Positions 27,451-37,182 of a stretch of DNA of 64,000 bases are shown here, piece by piece. The stretch is taken from positions 1,440,001 to 1,504,000 of the forward strand of contig OZ242008.1 of assembly GCA_965204735.1 (NCBI GenBank), written 5' to 3'. The position numbers and the translations under genes were made by a program. The notes under the pieces were generated by a model. The model did no database searches. It worked only from the letters and a program-made list of their open reading frames with translations, and was not told the DNA's origin. How positions within the stretch are numbered: position 1 is the stretch's first letter; each line of letters begins with the position of its first letter. This DNA comes from Longimicrobiales bacterium (GTDB taxonomy: Bacteria; Gemmatimonadota; Gemmatimonadetes; Longimicrobiales; Gaopeijiaceae).

Positions 27451-29700
27451 TCAGCCCCGAGCAACGCCGGGAATCCCATCTGCGCCCGGCGACTCGATCA
27501 AGCTCCCGATCGGCTCCGCGTCGCTTCGTCCGATGCGCTCCTTCATCTCCGTTGCCGCTGCAGACGCCATCTCGGCGACGCGGCCCGCCAACTCCTCCAC
27601 GATGCCGGCCTCACCGACCTTCTTCGCGAGGACCGTGACGGTCATTCCCGCGAGAATGCTCGCCACCAACGCCACGGAAGCGGGGCCGCCTGCCGCCACC
27701 ACCACGGGCACGACGGCCATCGGCACGCCGGCCGTCACCGTGCCCTCCGCCAACGTCTTGACGCACTCCTTGTAGCTCCCGGTCTCGCGAGCCTCCATGA
27801 ACGCCTTGGCCATCGCGGCCAGGGTCACCACCGCGAGGATCGGGTTGCGCTTGACGACTGCGGAGACGCCGGAGCTGGCGACGATGCGGGCAAAGTCCTT
27901 CGCCTCGCCCTCGTTCCAGCGGAAGACGAGGTTCGCACTGCCCAGCAGGCCGGAGATTACGTCGGTCGCGTCGTAGGTCACCAGGTCCGCAAAGACCCTC
28001 TTTGGGATCCCGAAAGTCTCCTTGAGGTAGTTGGCGACCCTGTGGTAGGTGTCCGGGTCCCAGGTGAAGAACGGCAGGCCGGCGGGCGTGGTCACGTCTC
28101 GGAAGAGGCCCAGCAGCATTCCCATGGCCCGAGCCATGATGCCGTCGTCGGTCGGAGCGTCCCTCGCGGCCTTGAACGCGCCCCAGATCGTGTGTCCTCC
28201 GTCGAAGATGCGGTGGAGGCCGCCGCCGATGCCGGTCTTGATGTACTCGGCGTCCATCGCCTTGTCGTAGGCTGTCGGCGCACCCTTGACCAGCTGGGCC
28301 AGCATGCCGTTGATGTCGCGCGTCAGCGCCGTGGCCAAGACTCCTTGGCCCGTTTCGTGGATGAAGCCGATCACCGTCGAAGCGGCCTTGGCTGCTCCGC
28401 GACCCAGGGGCGCAGCCCTGCCGTAAGCCCATGCCCCCGCGTCGCGGATCTCCTCGAACACGTCCGTCGCGACTCCGGCCGCCTTGCCCGCGGCCGACGC
28501 GACGCCCCCCGCGGCCGCGGCCACGCCCCCGGCGGCCGCGCTCCCGGCGTCGGCCGCCTTCTGGACCGCAAGCCGCGCGCTCCCGCCCACCGCGCCCAGC
28601 GCCTGGCCAAGCGCGTTGCCCCTCGCCGGCGGGACGTACAGCCTGGCATCCTCGGCCCGGCGGCGCACCAAGCCGAACGCCATGTCCAGCGTCGGCGTGT
28701 CCACGCCCACCATCAGCGCCATCTCCTGCACCGCCGTGCCCACGGCGTCGATCTGCAGCGGCCGCCCCGCCAGCAGGTCCCCGAGCATCGGCGCCCGACC
28801 GTCGCCCACCGCGGCCGTCAGCTTCTTGAACTGCTTCTCCAAGCTCGCGCCGAAGCGAACGCCCAGCGCCTTGCCGACCTGCTGCGCTTCGGCCATCAAG
28901 GCCTCGGCGATAGCGCGGACGCTGGGGTCGTCGGCAATCTTGGCGGCCGTGCCCGAGGTCAAGACGCTGACGGGGTCGAGCCCGATGCCGCCCCAGAGCC
29001 TCAGCCAGATCTCGTCGCGGATCGAGGGCGCGACCGACGCCTTGAGGTCGGCCTCGGTCAAGATCCGGCTCAGCGTCTCCACCCGCTTCGTCTCTTCCCC
29101 CGACGGCTCGCCCAAGACGAAGTGATTGCCGGACCGGTGGCGGATCACACCCGGCTTCTCGATCTCCACGGTCATGTGGACGACGCACCCGACCGACCGC
29201 TCGGGGCCGATCTCCCGCCACTGCTTGCCGTCGGGATCGACGCTCTCGAGCCGGCGGCCGTCGAACCCTCCGCCCAAGCGGTAGAAGTACCACCAGGGGA
29301 CGCCGTCGTAGGCCGTGACGACGATCGTGCCCGGGCCCATCAGCGGCTGCATCGCTTCGGCCGCCTGGGCCGCTTGGTGCGGGCGCACCGTCACGATCAC
29401 GTAGTCGTGGGGTCCCGCCTCGGCCGGGTCGTCGGTGCAGAACGGGCGCGCGTGCAGCTCCCGCTTCTTGGTGCGGACGGTCACGCCGTTCTTCCGCATG
29501 GCGGCCAAGTGCGGTCCCCGGGCGATCAGCGTCGTCTGCACGCCGGAGCGCGCCAAGTGCACGCCGAGGCAGCCGCCCACCGCGCCGGCGCCGAAGACGG
29601 CCACCTTCACGGCGGTCGGCCACGGGCCGCCCTGGGCAAGTCGCCCCGATCGGTCCCCTGCGGCCTCGTGGTGGCCTGTTCCCTTGGCAACGTCGTTCAT
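27451..29700 (-). CDS. Ketopantoate reductase (PanE/ApbA-like) fused to an uncharacterised C-terminal domain
   Basis: KVAVFGAGAVGG Rossmann motif, GVPWWYFY, LGEPSG; then ~390 aa with HRIFDGGHT and DVTTPAGLP; start uncertain. Confidence 0.8.
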   Translation of the reverse strand: MNDVAKGTGHHEAAGDRSGRLAQGGPWPTAVKVAVFGAGAVGGCLGVHLARSGVQTTLIARGPHLAAMRKNGVTVRTKKRELHARPFCTDDPAEAGPHDYVIVTVRPHQAAQAAEAMQPLMGPGTIVVTAYDGVPWWYFYRLGGGFDGRRLESVDPDGKQWREIGPERSVGCVVHMTVEIEKPGVIRHRSGNHFVLGEPSGEETKRVETLSRILTEADLKASVAPSIRDEIWLRLWGGIGLDPVSVLTSGTAAKIADDPSVRAIAEALMAEAQQVGKALGVRFGASLEKQFKKLTAAVGDGRAPMLGDLLAGRPLQIDAVGTAVQEMALMVGVDTPTLDMAFGLVRRRAEDARLYVPPARGNALGQALGAVGGSARLAVQKAADAGSAAAGGVAAAAGGVASAAGKAAGVATDVFEEIRDAGAWAYGRAAPLGRGAAKAASTVIGFIHETGQGVLATALTRDINGMLAQLVKGAPTAYDKAMDAEYIKTGIGGGLHRIFDGGHTIWGAFKAARDAPTDDGIMARAMGMLLGLFRDVTTPAGLPFFTWDPDTYHRVANYLKETFGIPKRVFADLVTYDATDVISGLLGSANLVFRWNEGEAKDFARIVASSGVSAVVKRNPILAVVTLAAMAKAFMEARETGSYKECVKTLAEGTVTAGVPMAVVPVVVAAGGPASVALVASILAGMTVTVLAKKVGEAGIVEELAGRVAEMASAAATEMKERIGRSDAEPIGSLIESPGADGIPGVARG

Positions 29701-29876
29701 GGCTGCAACGTGGCGCGGCTTTGTCGGCGGTGCAATCCCGCCCGCGTCGTGCGGCTTGTACTCGTGCACCGAGTTCCGGCTGAACTGCACCCGGAGTACG
29801 ATCGTCTCGCCAGCTCGTAGTAGGGAGAAGGCTCCGTCCCTCGTTTTCCGCGAGCTGGCGCCACCCGCCAGCGCTG

Positions 29877-30953
29877 CTAGCCCGGCGCCCCGGCCCTCTC
29901 GCCGGCGCTGCCCTCCCGGCTGGCCCGCAGCTGCCCGCAGGCCGCGTCGATCTCGCGTCCCCGGGGGCGCCTGACCGCCACTGCCACCCCCGCCGCCTCC
30001 AACCGGGTCCCGAACTCGTGGAGTCGGCGCTTCCGACTGGGCCGCCAATCCACGTAGGGGATCGGGTTGAACGGAATCAGGTTCACGAAGGCGCCGACTC
30101 GGCGCGCCAGCTCGGCTAGCGGGGGCAGCAGCTCCAGCCCGTCGTTCACGTCGCGGATCATCGTGTACTCGAAGGTGATCCGGCGACCGCCCCGTCGGGC
30201 GAACGCCTCCACGGCGTCGATCACCTCCGCCAGCGGGTAGCGCTTCTCCAATGGGACCAGCTCGGCCCGCAGCTCCGACACGGGCGCGTGCAGCGAGAGC
30301 GCCAGGCGGAACTGCTCCTCCCGCTCGGCCAAGGCCAGGATCCCCGGCACGACGCCCACGGTCGACACGGTGATCCGGCGGGCTCCGAGGCCGTAGCCGC
30401 CGTTCAGCGAGGACAGGGCGGGGAAGAGTCGGCGGCGGTTGGCCAGCGGCTCGCCCATCCCCATGAAGACGACGTTGGTGACGGGACCCCGCTTCCGCTC
30501 CCGAGCCCAGCGCGCCGACGCTCGGTACTGGCCGACGATCTCGCCCGCGGTCAGCTGCCGCCGGAAGCCGGACCATCCGGTGGCGCAGAACGTGCACGCC
30601 AGCGCGCAGCCGGCCTGGGAGGAGACGCAGAGGGTGAGCCGTCCCCCCGACGGGATGAGGACGCTCTCGACGACTTCGCCGTCGGACATGCGCCAGAGGT
30701 GCTTCGCGGTCCCGTCCGACGACTCGGAGACCGCGACGGTCTCCGGCTCCTCCAGGCGAAAGCGCTCGGCGAGGCCAGCCCGCTCGCGCGCCGGCAAGTC
30801 GGTCATCGCCCCGAAGTCGTCGACTTGGCCTGCGAACAGCCACGCCTCTACTTGCCGGGCCCTGTAGGCCGGCTGGCCCCGCTCCCGGAAGTGGGCGGAG
30901 AGTGCTCGGCGAAGATCGGCCGGAGGCAAGTCCAGCAAGTCGGGTCGAGTCAC
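29877..30953 (-). CDS. rlmN: Dual-specificity 23S rRNA/tRNA methyltransferase RlmN
   Basis: CALACTFC radical-SAM motif, MGMGEPL, DAACGQL; GGAGG RBS. Confidence 0.96.
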   Translation of the reverse strand: MTRPDLLDLPPADLRRALSAHFRERGQPAYRARQVEAWLFAGQVDDFGAMTDLPARERAGLAERFRLEEPETVAVSESSDGTAKHLWRMSDGEVVESVLIPSGGRLTLCVSSQAGCALACTFCATGWSGFRRQLTAGEIVGQYRASARWARERKRGPVTNVVFMGMGEPLANRRRLFPALSSLNGGYGLGARRITVSTVGVVPGILALAEREEQFRLALSLHAPVSELRAELVPLEKRYPLAEVIDAVEAFARRGGRRITFEYTMIRDVNDGLELLPPLAELARRVGAFVNLIPFNPIPYVDWRPSRKRRLHEFGTRLEAAGVAVAVRRPRGREIDAACGQLRASREGSAGERAGAPG

Positions 30954-30969
30954 GCGCGGGCCTCCGGGC

Positions 30970-31207
30970 GTTCGGGCCGCTGGTTCGGTGTTCGGGCCGG
31001 TGTTCACGGTTCGGGCCAAGTGTTCACGGTTCGGGCCAACGTTCACGGTTCGGGCCGGTGTTCATCGTGGAAGGCCGGTGTTCACTCTTCGGGCCAAGGT
31101 TCACTCTTCGGCCCATGGTGCACGAGCGGCCAGTCCGCCTCGTCCACGCCGGTGTTCACTCTTCGGGCCAACGTTCACTCTTCGGGCTAAATTGCACTCT
31201 GGAGCCC
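30970..31207. repeat. Intergenic array of about 11 imperfect 19-20-bp repeats
   Basis: Consensus GTTCAC(GG/TC)TTCGGGCC(AA/GG)N between divergent rlmN and aspS. Confidence 0.9.
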
Positions 31208-31324
31208 TGCTTGCGCTCCGGGCGTCCCACGTGCTGCTCCGGGCGCCCTCGACAATGGTTGCTCCGGCGCGCCTTCCCCCGCGGCTCCGGCGCGCCCCCA
31301 CATTGGCCATGCCGGAGGCGGCCG

Positions 31325-33271
31325 GTGACAACATCCCAGCTCGTGGCGAACACGGACAATACCGACAAGAGCGCGACGGCGTTGCGCTCCATGGGCGCCG
31401 GGCTGGTCGGTCCGGAGCAGGTGGGCCGAGAGGTTCGGGTCGCAGGCTGGGTCCACCGTCGGAGGAACCTGGGCGGCCTGGTCTTCCTCGACCTGCGGGA
31501 CCGATGGGGCGTTCTCCAGGCGTCGGTGGGGCCGGAGTGGTCTTCGCCCCAGGCCGTCGAGGCCGCCCGGGGGCTGGGCGCAGAAGACGTGGTGGTGCTC
31601 CGGGGCGTGGTCGCCCTTCGGCCCCCGGAAGCCCGTAACCCGGAGATGGCCACCGGCGCAGTGGAGCTTCAGGTCGCCGACCTGCGCGTCGTGAACCGGG
31701 CGGAGACGCCCGCGATCCCCGTCTACCGGTCGCCGGAAGAGGAGCTGCCGTCCGAAGAGCTTCGGCTGCGCCACCGGGTGCTCGACCTGCGTCGGGCGGA
31801 GATGCGCGAACGGCTCGAGCTTCGGCACCGCCTCGTGCTGGCTGTCCGCAACTACTTCGACGCCCAGGGCTTCGTCGAGATCGAGACCCCCGTGCTCACG
31901 CGCCCCACCCCCGAAGGTGCCCGGGACTTCCTGGTGCCCAGCCGGGTCCACCCCGGCGAGTTCTTCGCCCTCCCCCAGAGCCCCCAGATATACAAGCAGG
32001 TGCTCATGGCGGCGGGCTTCGACCGCTACTTCCAGATCGCCCGTTGCTTCCGGGACGAGGACCTGCGGGCTGACCGGCAGCCCGAGTTCACCCAGATCGA
32101 CGTGGAGGCGTCCTTCGTCGAGCCGGTGGACGTCTACCGATGGTGCGAAGGGATGGCGGTCGAAGTCGCCCGGGCCTCCGCCGCCTCCGCCGAGCCGCCG
32201 TTCCCCCGGCTGGAGTGGAGCGAGGCGATGGAGCGCTTCGGCAGCGACCGCCCCGACCTGCGGTGGGGGTTGGAGATCGAGGACATGACGGCGACGCTGG
32301 GAGCCCTGGAGTTCCGGGTCCTGCGGAGCGCCGTCGAAGCCGGAGGACGGGTCCGGGGGATTCGGTTGCCGGGCGGCGCGCGCCTTTCGCGCAGGCAGAT
32401 CGCCGCCGTCGAGGACGCCGCCAAGGCCGCGGGGGCGCCCGGCCTTCTTTGGGCGAAGGTCCAGGACGGCGGCGCGGCGTCGGGTCCCCTGGGGCGCTTC
32501 TTCCAGGACGGCACTTCCGAGCGGCTGGCCCTGGCGCCCGGCGACCTCCTTCTGACCGCGGCCGGCAACGACGCGACGACCTCGCCGGCCCTCTCGGCGG
32601 CACGCTCCGCCTCGATCGCGGCGCTGGACCCGCCCCGGCGCACGGACCACGCTTGGCTCTGGGTGTCGGACTTCCCCCTCTTCGAGACGCGAACCTCCGG
32701 CCAGCCCGAAACCGAGGCCCAGCCCGAAACCGAGGCTCAGCCCGAGGCCAGCGGCCAGCCCCGAACCTCCGCCCAGCCCGGAACCGGCGGCGAAGCCGTC
32801 GGGCCGACCGGCGCCGCCCTCGCCGCCAGCCACCACCCCTTCGTCCAGCCCAACCCCGAGGACGTCCACCTCTTGGACTCGGAGCCGCTGGCCGTCCGGG
32901 GCCTTGCCTACGACCTGGTCTACAACGGGACCGAACTGGGCTCGGGCAGCATCCGCATCCACGACGCCGACCTCCAGCGCCGCGTCCTGACGCTGCTGGG
33001 ACTCGCCCCGTCCGAGATCGAGGCCAAGTTCGGCTTCCTGCTGGAGGCGCTCCGCTCCGGCGCGCCGCCCCACGGCGGGATCGCCCTGGGCGTCGACCGG
33101 ATCGCGGCCCGCCTCTCGGGGGCGGCCAGCTTGCGGGACGTGGTCGCCTTCCCCAAGACCACCGCGGCCCGGGCTCTCTTCGAAGGCGCTCCGGCCCCGG
33201 CGCCCGCCGACGAGGTGGCCGCCCTGGGCATTGCGCTCTCCCGCGAAGCCGCCGGCGGGGGCGCCCCTTGA
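31325..33271 (+). CDS. aspS: Aspartate--tRNA ligase
   Basis: GWVHRRRNLGG, PEGARDF, LPQSPQ, FRDEDLRADRQPEFTQID, PPHGGIALG. Confidence 0.97.
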   Translation: MTTSQLVANTDNTDKSATALRSMGAGLVGPEQVGREVRVAGWVHRRRNLGGLVFLDLRDRWGVLQASVGPEWSSPQAVEAARGLGAEDVVVLRGVVALRPPEARNPEMATGAVELQVADLRVVNRAETPAIPVYRSPEEELPSEELRLRHRVLDLRRAEMRERLELRHRLVLAVRNYFDAQGFVEIETPVLTRPTPEGARDFLVPSRVHPGEFFALPQSPQIYKQVLMAAGFDRYFQIARCFRDEDLRADRQPEFTQIDVEASFVEPVDVYRWCEGMAVEVARASAASAEPPFPRLEWSEAMERFGSDRPDLRWGLEIEDMTATLGALEFRVLRSAVEAGGRVRGIRLPGGARLSRRQIAAVEDAAKAAGAPGLLWAKVQDGGAASGPLGRFFQDGTSERLALAPGDLLLTAAGNDATTSPALSAARSASIAALDPPRRTDHAWLWVSDFPLFETRTSGQPETEAQPETEAQPEASGQPRTSAQPGTGGEAVGPTGAALAASHHPFVQPNPEDVHLLDSEPLAVRGLAYDLVYNGTELGSGSIRIHDADLQRRVLTLLGLAPSEIEAKFGFLLEALRSGAPPHGGIALGVDRIAARLSGAASLRDVVAFPKTTAARALFEGAPAPAPADEVAALGIALSREAAGGGAP

Positions 33272-34362
33272 CCAGCGCCGCGGCCGTTCGTCGCCTCGTG
33301 AACGCCGAAGGGGCCGATCCGCTGATCCTGGCGGGCGTGGGCGACGCCAACCTGCGCGAGCTGGAGTCCCTCTTCCGCGTTCGGGTCGTTCTGCGGCAGG
33401 ACCATGTGGACCTTGCCGGGTCGCCGGAATCGGTGGCGGAGGCGGCTCGGGTCGCCGGCCACATGGTCGACTTGGCGCGCCTGGGCAAGTCGTTTCCCGC
33501 CGCCGACGTGACCCGCTTCGCCACTGGCCTGGAGGGACGCGGAGCGCCGCCGGCGGCCGACGAGGACGACCCTCTGCGCCTGGCGCTGCCGGGGGGCCGC
33601 CGCGTGAGCCCCCGCTCCGAGGGCCAGCGAGCCTACTTGCAGGCCATGGAGGACTCGGACGTGGTGGTGGGGATCGGGCCGGCCGGCACGGGGAAGACGT
33701 ACTTGGCAGTGGCCCGAGCCGTGGGCGAGCTCTTCCGCAAGCGGGTCCGGCGGATCGTGCTGGCGCGCCCGGCGGTGGAGGCGGGCGAGAGCCTGGGGTT
33801 CCTGCCCGGCGATCTGCAAGAGAAGGTGGACCCCTACCTGCGCCCGCTCTACGACGCGCTGGAGGACATGATCCCGCCGGCGCGGGTGCGGCGGGGGATC
33901 GGAGACCGCACGATCGAGATCGCGCCCCTGGCGTACATGCGCGGAAGAACGCTCTCCGACGCCTTCGTGATCCTGGACGAAGCCCAGAACGCCACGGCCG
34001 CCCAGATGAAGATGTTCCTGACCCGGATCGGCGTGAACTCCCGGGTGGTGATCACCGGGGACAAGACGCAGATCGACCTGCCGCGCTCCGAGCCGTCGGG
34101 CCTCCTGGAGATCGAAGCGGTCCTGCGGCGCGTGGACGGGATCGAGTTCGTGTACCTGGACGCCTCGGACGTCACGCGGCACCGCTTGGTCGAGAAGATC
34201 ATCCGGGCCTACGAGGCGGTGGACGGTCGGCGGGCCGAAGCGGGCGACGGCCGGCCCGAGACCGCCGGGCGGACCGAAGCCGACGGCCGCCAGACCGAGA
34301 CCGGCGGGCGGCGCCAAGCGGACGGCCCGCGAGCCAGCGCCGACGGCAATGAGCGAGGCTAG
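33268..34362 (+). CDS. phoH: PhoH-like ATPase
   Basis: GPAGTGKT, RPAVEAGESLGFLPGD, YMRGRTL, LDEAQN. Confidence 0.95.
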   Translation: MTSAAAVRRLVNAEGADPLILAGVGDANLRELESLFRVRVVLRQDHVDLAGSPESVAEAARVAGHMVDLARLGKSFPAADVTRFATGLEGRGAPPAADEDDPLRLALPGGRRVSPRSEGQRAYLQAMEDSDVVVGIGPAGTGKTYLAVARAVGELFRKRVRRIVLARPAVEAGESLGFLPGDLQEKVDPYLRPLYDALEDMIPPARVRRGIGDRTIEIAPLAYMRGRTLSDAFVILDEAQNATAAQMKMFLTRIGVNSRVVITGDKTQIDLPRSEPSGLLEIEAVLRRVDGIEFVYLDASDVTRHRLVEKIIRAYEAVDGRRAEAGDGRPETAGRTEADGRQTETGGRRQADGPRASADGNERG

Positions 34363-36736
34363 GCGGGCGCGGCGCGTCCTCAGCGGCGCGCCGGAGCGGC
34401 TGTGGCCCGACGCGGTCCTCCACCACGGCGCACGCGGGCTGGTGGTGCTGGTGCTGGGCGTCGGAATCGCGGCGCTCTTTCCGGCGGAGCCCGGGGTCTC
34501 GATCGGGCGCTGGCGGGCGGACACGGTGGCCGAGCGGGACGTCCTGGCCGAGATCGCCTTCGACGTGCCCAGAAGCGCCGTCGACCTGGCTCGGGAGCGC
34601 CGGGAAGCCCGGGACTCGACGATCCCCACGTTCGTCCACCGCCCCGACGCCCAGGACTCGGTGCTGGCGGCTCTGGCGGCTTTCTTCGACCGGCTGGGCA
34701 CGGCGGCAGCCTCCGGCGGCACCGCCGGGGTGGCGGCGGTTCTCGACGACTCCGGGATCGACGCCGGCGAGGAGGAGGTGCAGCTTGCGGCGGACGCCGG
34801 CGAGCGGGACCGGCTCCACGACCAGGCGGCGGCGGCAGTCCGGTCCCACTTCCCCGGCGGCGTCATGGCCGGGGCCGCGGCGTCGGAGGTGGAAACCGAC
34901 TCGATCCGGGTCGCTCGGGACGGACGGACGGCGCTGGCCGCCCGCAGTGCCGTCCTGTCGGAACGCGAGTTCTACGAGCGGGCGCTGGCCGGGGCGGCCC
35001 CGGGCCCCTGGAGCGAGCTCCTGCGCAACGTTCTGGCCCGCTTCCTGTCTCCCAGCTTGACGCTGGACTTGGCCCGAACCGAGCGGGACCGGCAGACCGC
35101 GGCGAGCGCAGTTCCCGTGATCGCCACTCGCGTCCTTCAGGGCGAGGCGATCGTGCGGGCGAACCAGCAGGTGGGCGACGACGAGCTTCGCAAGCTGGGT
35201 GCCTACCGGGCCGCGCTCCGCTCCCAAGGCCGCAACGTGGACGCTTCCAACCTTGGAGGACTCTTCGGCGGAGTCCTTCTCAACACGCTGCTGCTGGGCG
35301 GCTTCGGCGTGGTGATCCTCTTCCATCGCCGGGACCTGTACCGGGCGTTCCGCTCGGTCCTGACCGTGGCCGGAATCTTCGCGTTCTACTTCCTGGCCGC
35401 GTTCCTGGTGGCGCGCCTGGAGCTCCCGGCCGCGTCCGCTCCCGTCGCCTTCGTCGCCATCGCGCTGGCGGTTCTGTGGGACGGGCGCCTGGCGTTCGCC
35501 GCGGCGTGCGTCCTCGCCGCCCTCACCGCCGCGCAGGAGCCGTTCTCCACGGTCCACGCCTTCTTGGCCGCGCTTGCGGGCGGCGGCGCCGCGGCCCTCT
35601 CGGTGCGGGCGTTCCGCAGGCTCTCCCAGACCTGGGTCTTCATCGCCGTCGTCGCCGCGGCCTACGCCCTGGCCCTCTCGGCCCTCCAGCTGCGCGGCGC
35701 CGACTTCCCGTTCCTGGCCTCGCTGGGCGCGGCGCTGGCCAGCACCGTGCTGGGCGCCATCCTGGCGATCGGCTTCGTCCCCGTCTTCGAGTGGCTCACC
35801 GGCCTCACCACCGCCCAGACCCTCGTCGGATGGGCCGACCTGGACCGGCCCCTCCTGCGCCGGCTGGCGGTGGAGGCGCCCGGCACCTACGCCCACACGA
35901 TGCAGGTGGCGGCCTTGGCGGAAGCGGGTGCCGGGGCGGTCGGCGCCGACCCGCTCCTCTGTCGGGCGGGCGTCTACTACCACGACGTGGGCAAGCTCGC
36001 CAAGCCGGGCCACTTCATCGAGAACCAGCGCGGCGACAACCCCCACGACGAGATGGACCCGGAGGTCTCGGCGGCCGTCGTCCGCGAGCACGTCACCGAG
36101 GGGATCAAGCTGGCTCGACGGGAGAAGTTGCCGAAGGTGGTGGCCGCGTTCATCCCCGAGCACCACGGCGACCACACCATCGGCTACTTCTTGGCGAAGG
36201 CCCGGGAGCGCTCCGCCGAGGAAGGAGCGGACCCGCCGGACCCGGCGCTCTTCCGCTATCCGGGACCCCGGCCCCAGAGCCGCGAGACGGGGATCGCCAT
36301 GTTGGCCGACGCAGTGGAGTCGTCGGTCCGCGCGATGAAGAACCCCACCAAGGCCCGGATCGCCGAGCTGATCGAGGAGATCGTCTCCCAGCGCGCCGCC
36401 GGCGGCCAGCTGGACGACACTTCCCTCACCTTCGGCGACCTGGTCGTCCTCAAGGCTCGGTTCGCCGAAGTGCTGGCGGGAATGCACCACCAGCGGATCG
36501 ACTACCCGGAGACGCGGCGCTTGACCGCGGCCGCCGAGCCCGAGCCCGCTGCGGCCGATCCCGAACCCGCGGCGCCCGAGCCCGCGGCCGCCGAGCCTGA
36601 CCCCGCTGCGGCCGAGTCGCCGCCCAGGCCCGAGCCGCCCGCTTCGCCCGCCGCCGCCGAGCCCGAGCCCCCGTCCGAGCCTGCGGCCGACGACGACCCC
36701 AAGCCTTCGCCCCCGCCCGCCGGAGAAGACCGCTGA
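34349..36736 (+). CDS. 7TM-HD (HDIG) phosphohydrolase, PgpH-like
   Basis: Extracellular domain, multiple TM helices, APGTYAH, YYHDVGK, EHHG, MLADAVE. Confidence 0.92.
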   Translation: MSEARRARRVLSGAPERLWPDAVLHHGARGLVVLVLGVGIAALFPAEPGVSIGRWRADTVAERDVLAEIAFDVPRSAVDLARERREARDSTIPTFVHRPDAQDSVLAALAAFFDRLGTAAASGGTAGVAAVLDDSGIDAGEEEVQLAADAGERDRLHDQAAAAVRSHFPGGVMAGAAASEVETDSIRVARDGRTALAARSAVLSEREFYERALAGAAPGPWSELLRNVLARFLSPSLTLDLARTERDRQTAASAVPVIATRVLQGEAIVRANQQVGDDELRKLGAYRAALRSQGRNVDASNLGGLFGGVLLNTLLLGGFGVVILFHRRDLYRAFRSVLTVAGIFAFYFLAAFLVARLELPAASAPVAFVAIALAVLWDGRLAFAAACVLAALTAAQEPFSTVHAFLAALAGGGAAALSVRAFRRLSQTWVFIAVVAAAYALALSALQLRGADFPFLASLGAALASTVLGAILAIGFVPVFEWLTGLTTAQTLVGWADLDRPLLRRLAVEAPGTYAHTMQVAALAEAGAGAVGADPLLCRAGVYYHDVGKLAKPGHFIENQRGDNPHDEMDPEVSAAVVREHVTEGIKLARREKLPKVVAAFIPEHHGDHTIGYFLAKARERSAEEGADPPDPALFRYPGPRPQSRETGIAMLADAVESSVRAMKNPTKARIAELIEEIVSQRAAGGQLDDTSLTFGDLVVLKARFAEVLAGMHHQRIDYPETRRLTAAAEPEPAAADPEPAAPEPAAAEPDPAAAESPPRPEPPASPAAAEPEPPSEPAADDDPKPSPPPAGEDR

Positions 36737-36747
36737 TCGCCGTCCAC

Positions 36748-37182
36748 GTGGCCGCCGACCGACGCTCCCACGTCCCCGTCGGGCTGGTGGAGCGGGCCGT
36801 CCGCGAGACCCTGCGCCGCGAGCAGGTCCTTCGCGCCGAGCTTTCGGTCGCCTACCTGGGAGACGAGGAGATCGCCGCGCTCCACGAGCGCCACCTGGGC
36901 CGCGCCGGCCCCACCGACGTGCTCTCCTTCGCTCTCCACGACGCCGACGGCGACCCTCTGGGCGACGTCTATGTGGGCCGCGACCAAGCCCTGCGCCAGG
37001 CGGCGGAGGTCGGCGTCCCGCCCGACGAGGAGATGGTTCGCCTGGCCGTCCATGGGACGCTTCACGTGCTGGGCCACGACCATCCAGCAGGAGCCGGCCG
37101 CGTCCGCTGCGCGATGTTCCGCTTGCAGGAGGAGATCGTCCGCTGGGCTCGGCGAGCCGCCTCGGACGGAAGCGCGGCGTGA
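36748..37182 (+). CDS. ybeY: rRNA maturation endoribonuclease YbeY
   Basis: PTDVLSF, HGTLHVLGHDH. Confidence 0.95.
   Translation: MAADRRSHVPVGLVERAVRETLRREQVLRAELSVAYLGDEEIAALHERHLGRAGPTDVLSFALHDADGDPLGDVYVGRDQALRQAAEVGVPPDEEMVRLAVHGTLHVLGHDHPAGAGRVRCAMFRLQEEIVRWARRAASDGSAA

Noticed and set aside
27451..30843. 1130-aa ORF as a single protein
   Set aside because: First ~380 codons overlap rlmN in another frame; credible coding begins near 29700
30970..31207. CRISPR array
   Set aside because: Units are contiguous 19-20-mers without unique spacers, and no cas genes are in the window
30970..31207. Second LexA-operator array (contains TTCGG)
   Set aside because: Period is 19-20 bp, not the 11 bp seen at lexA
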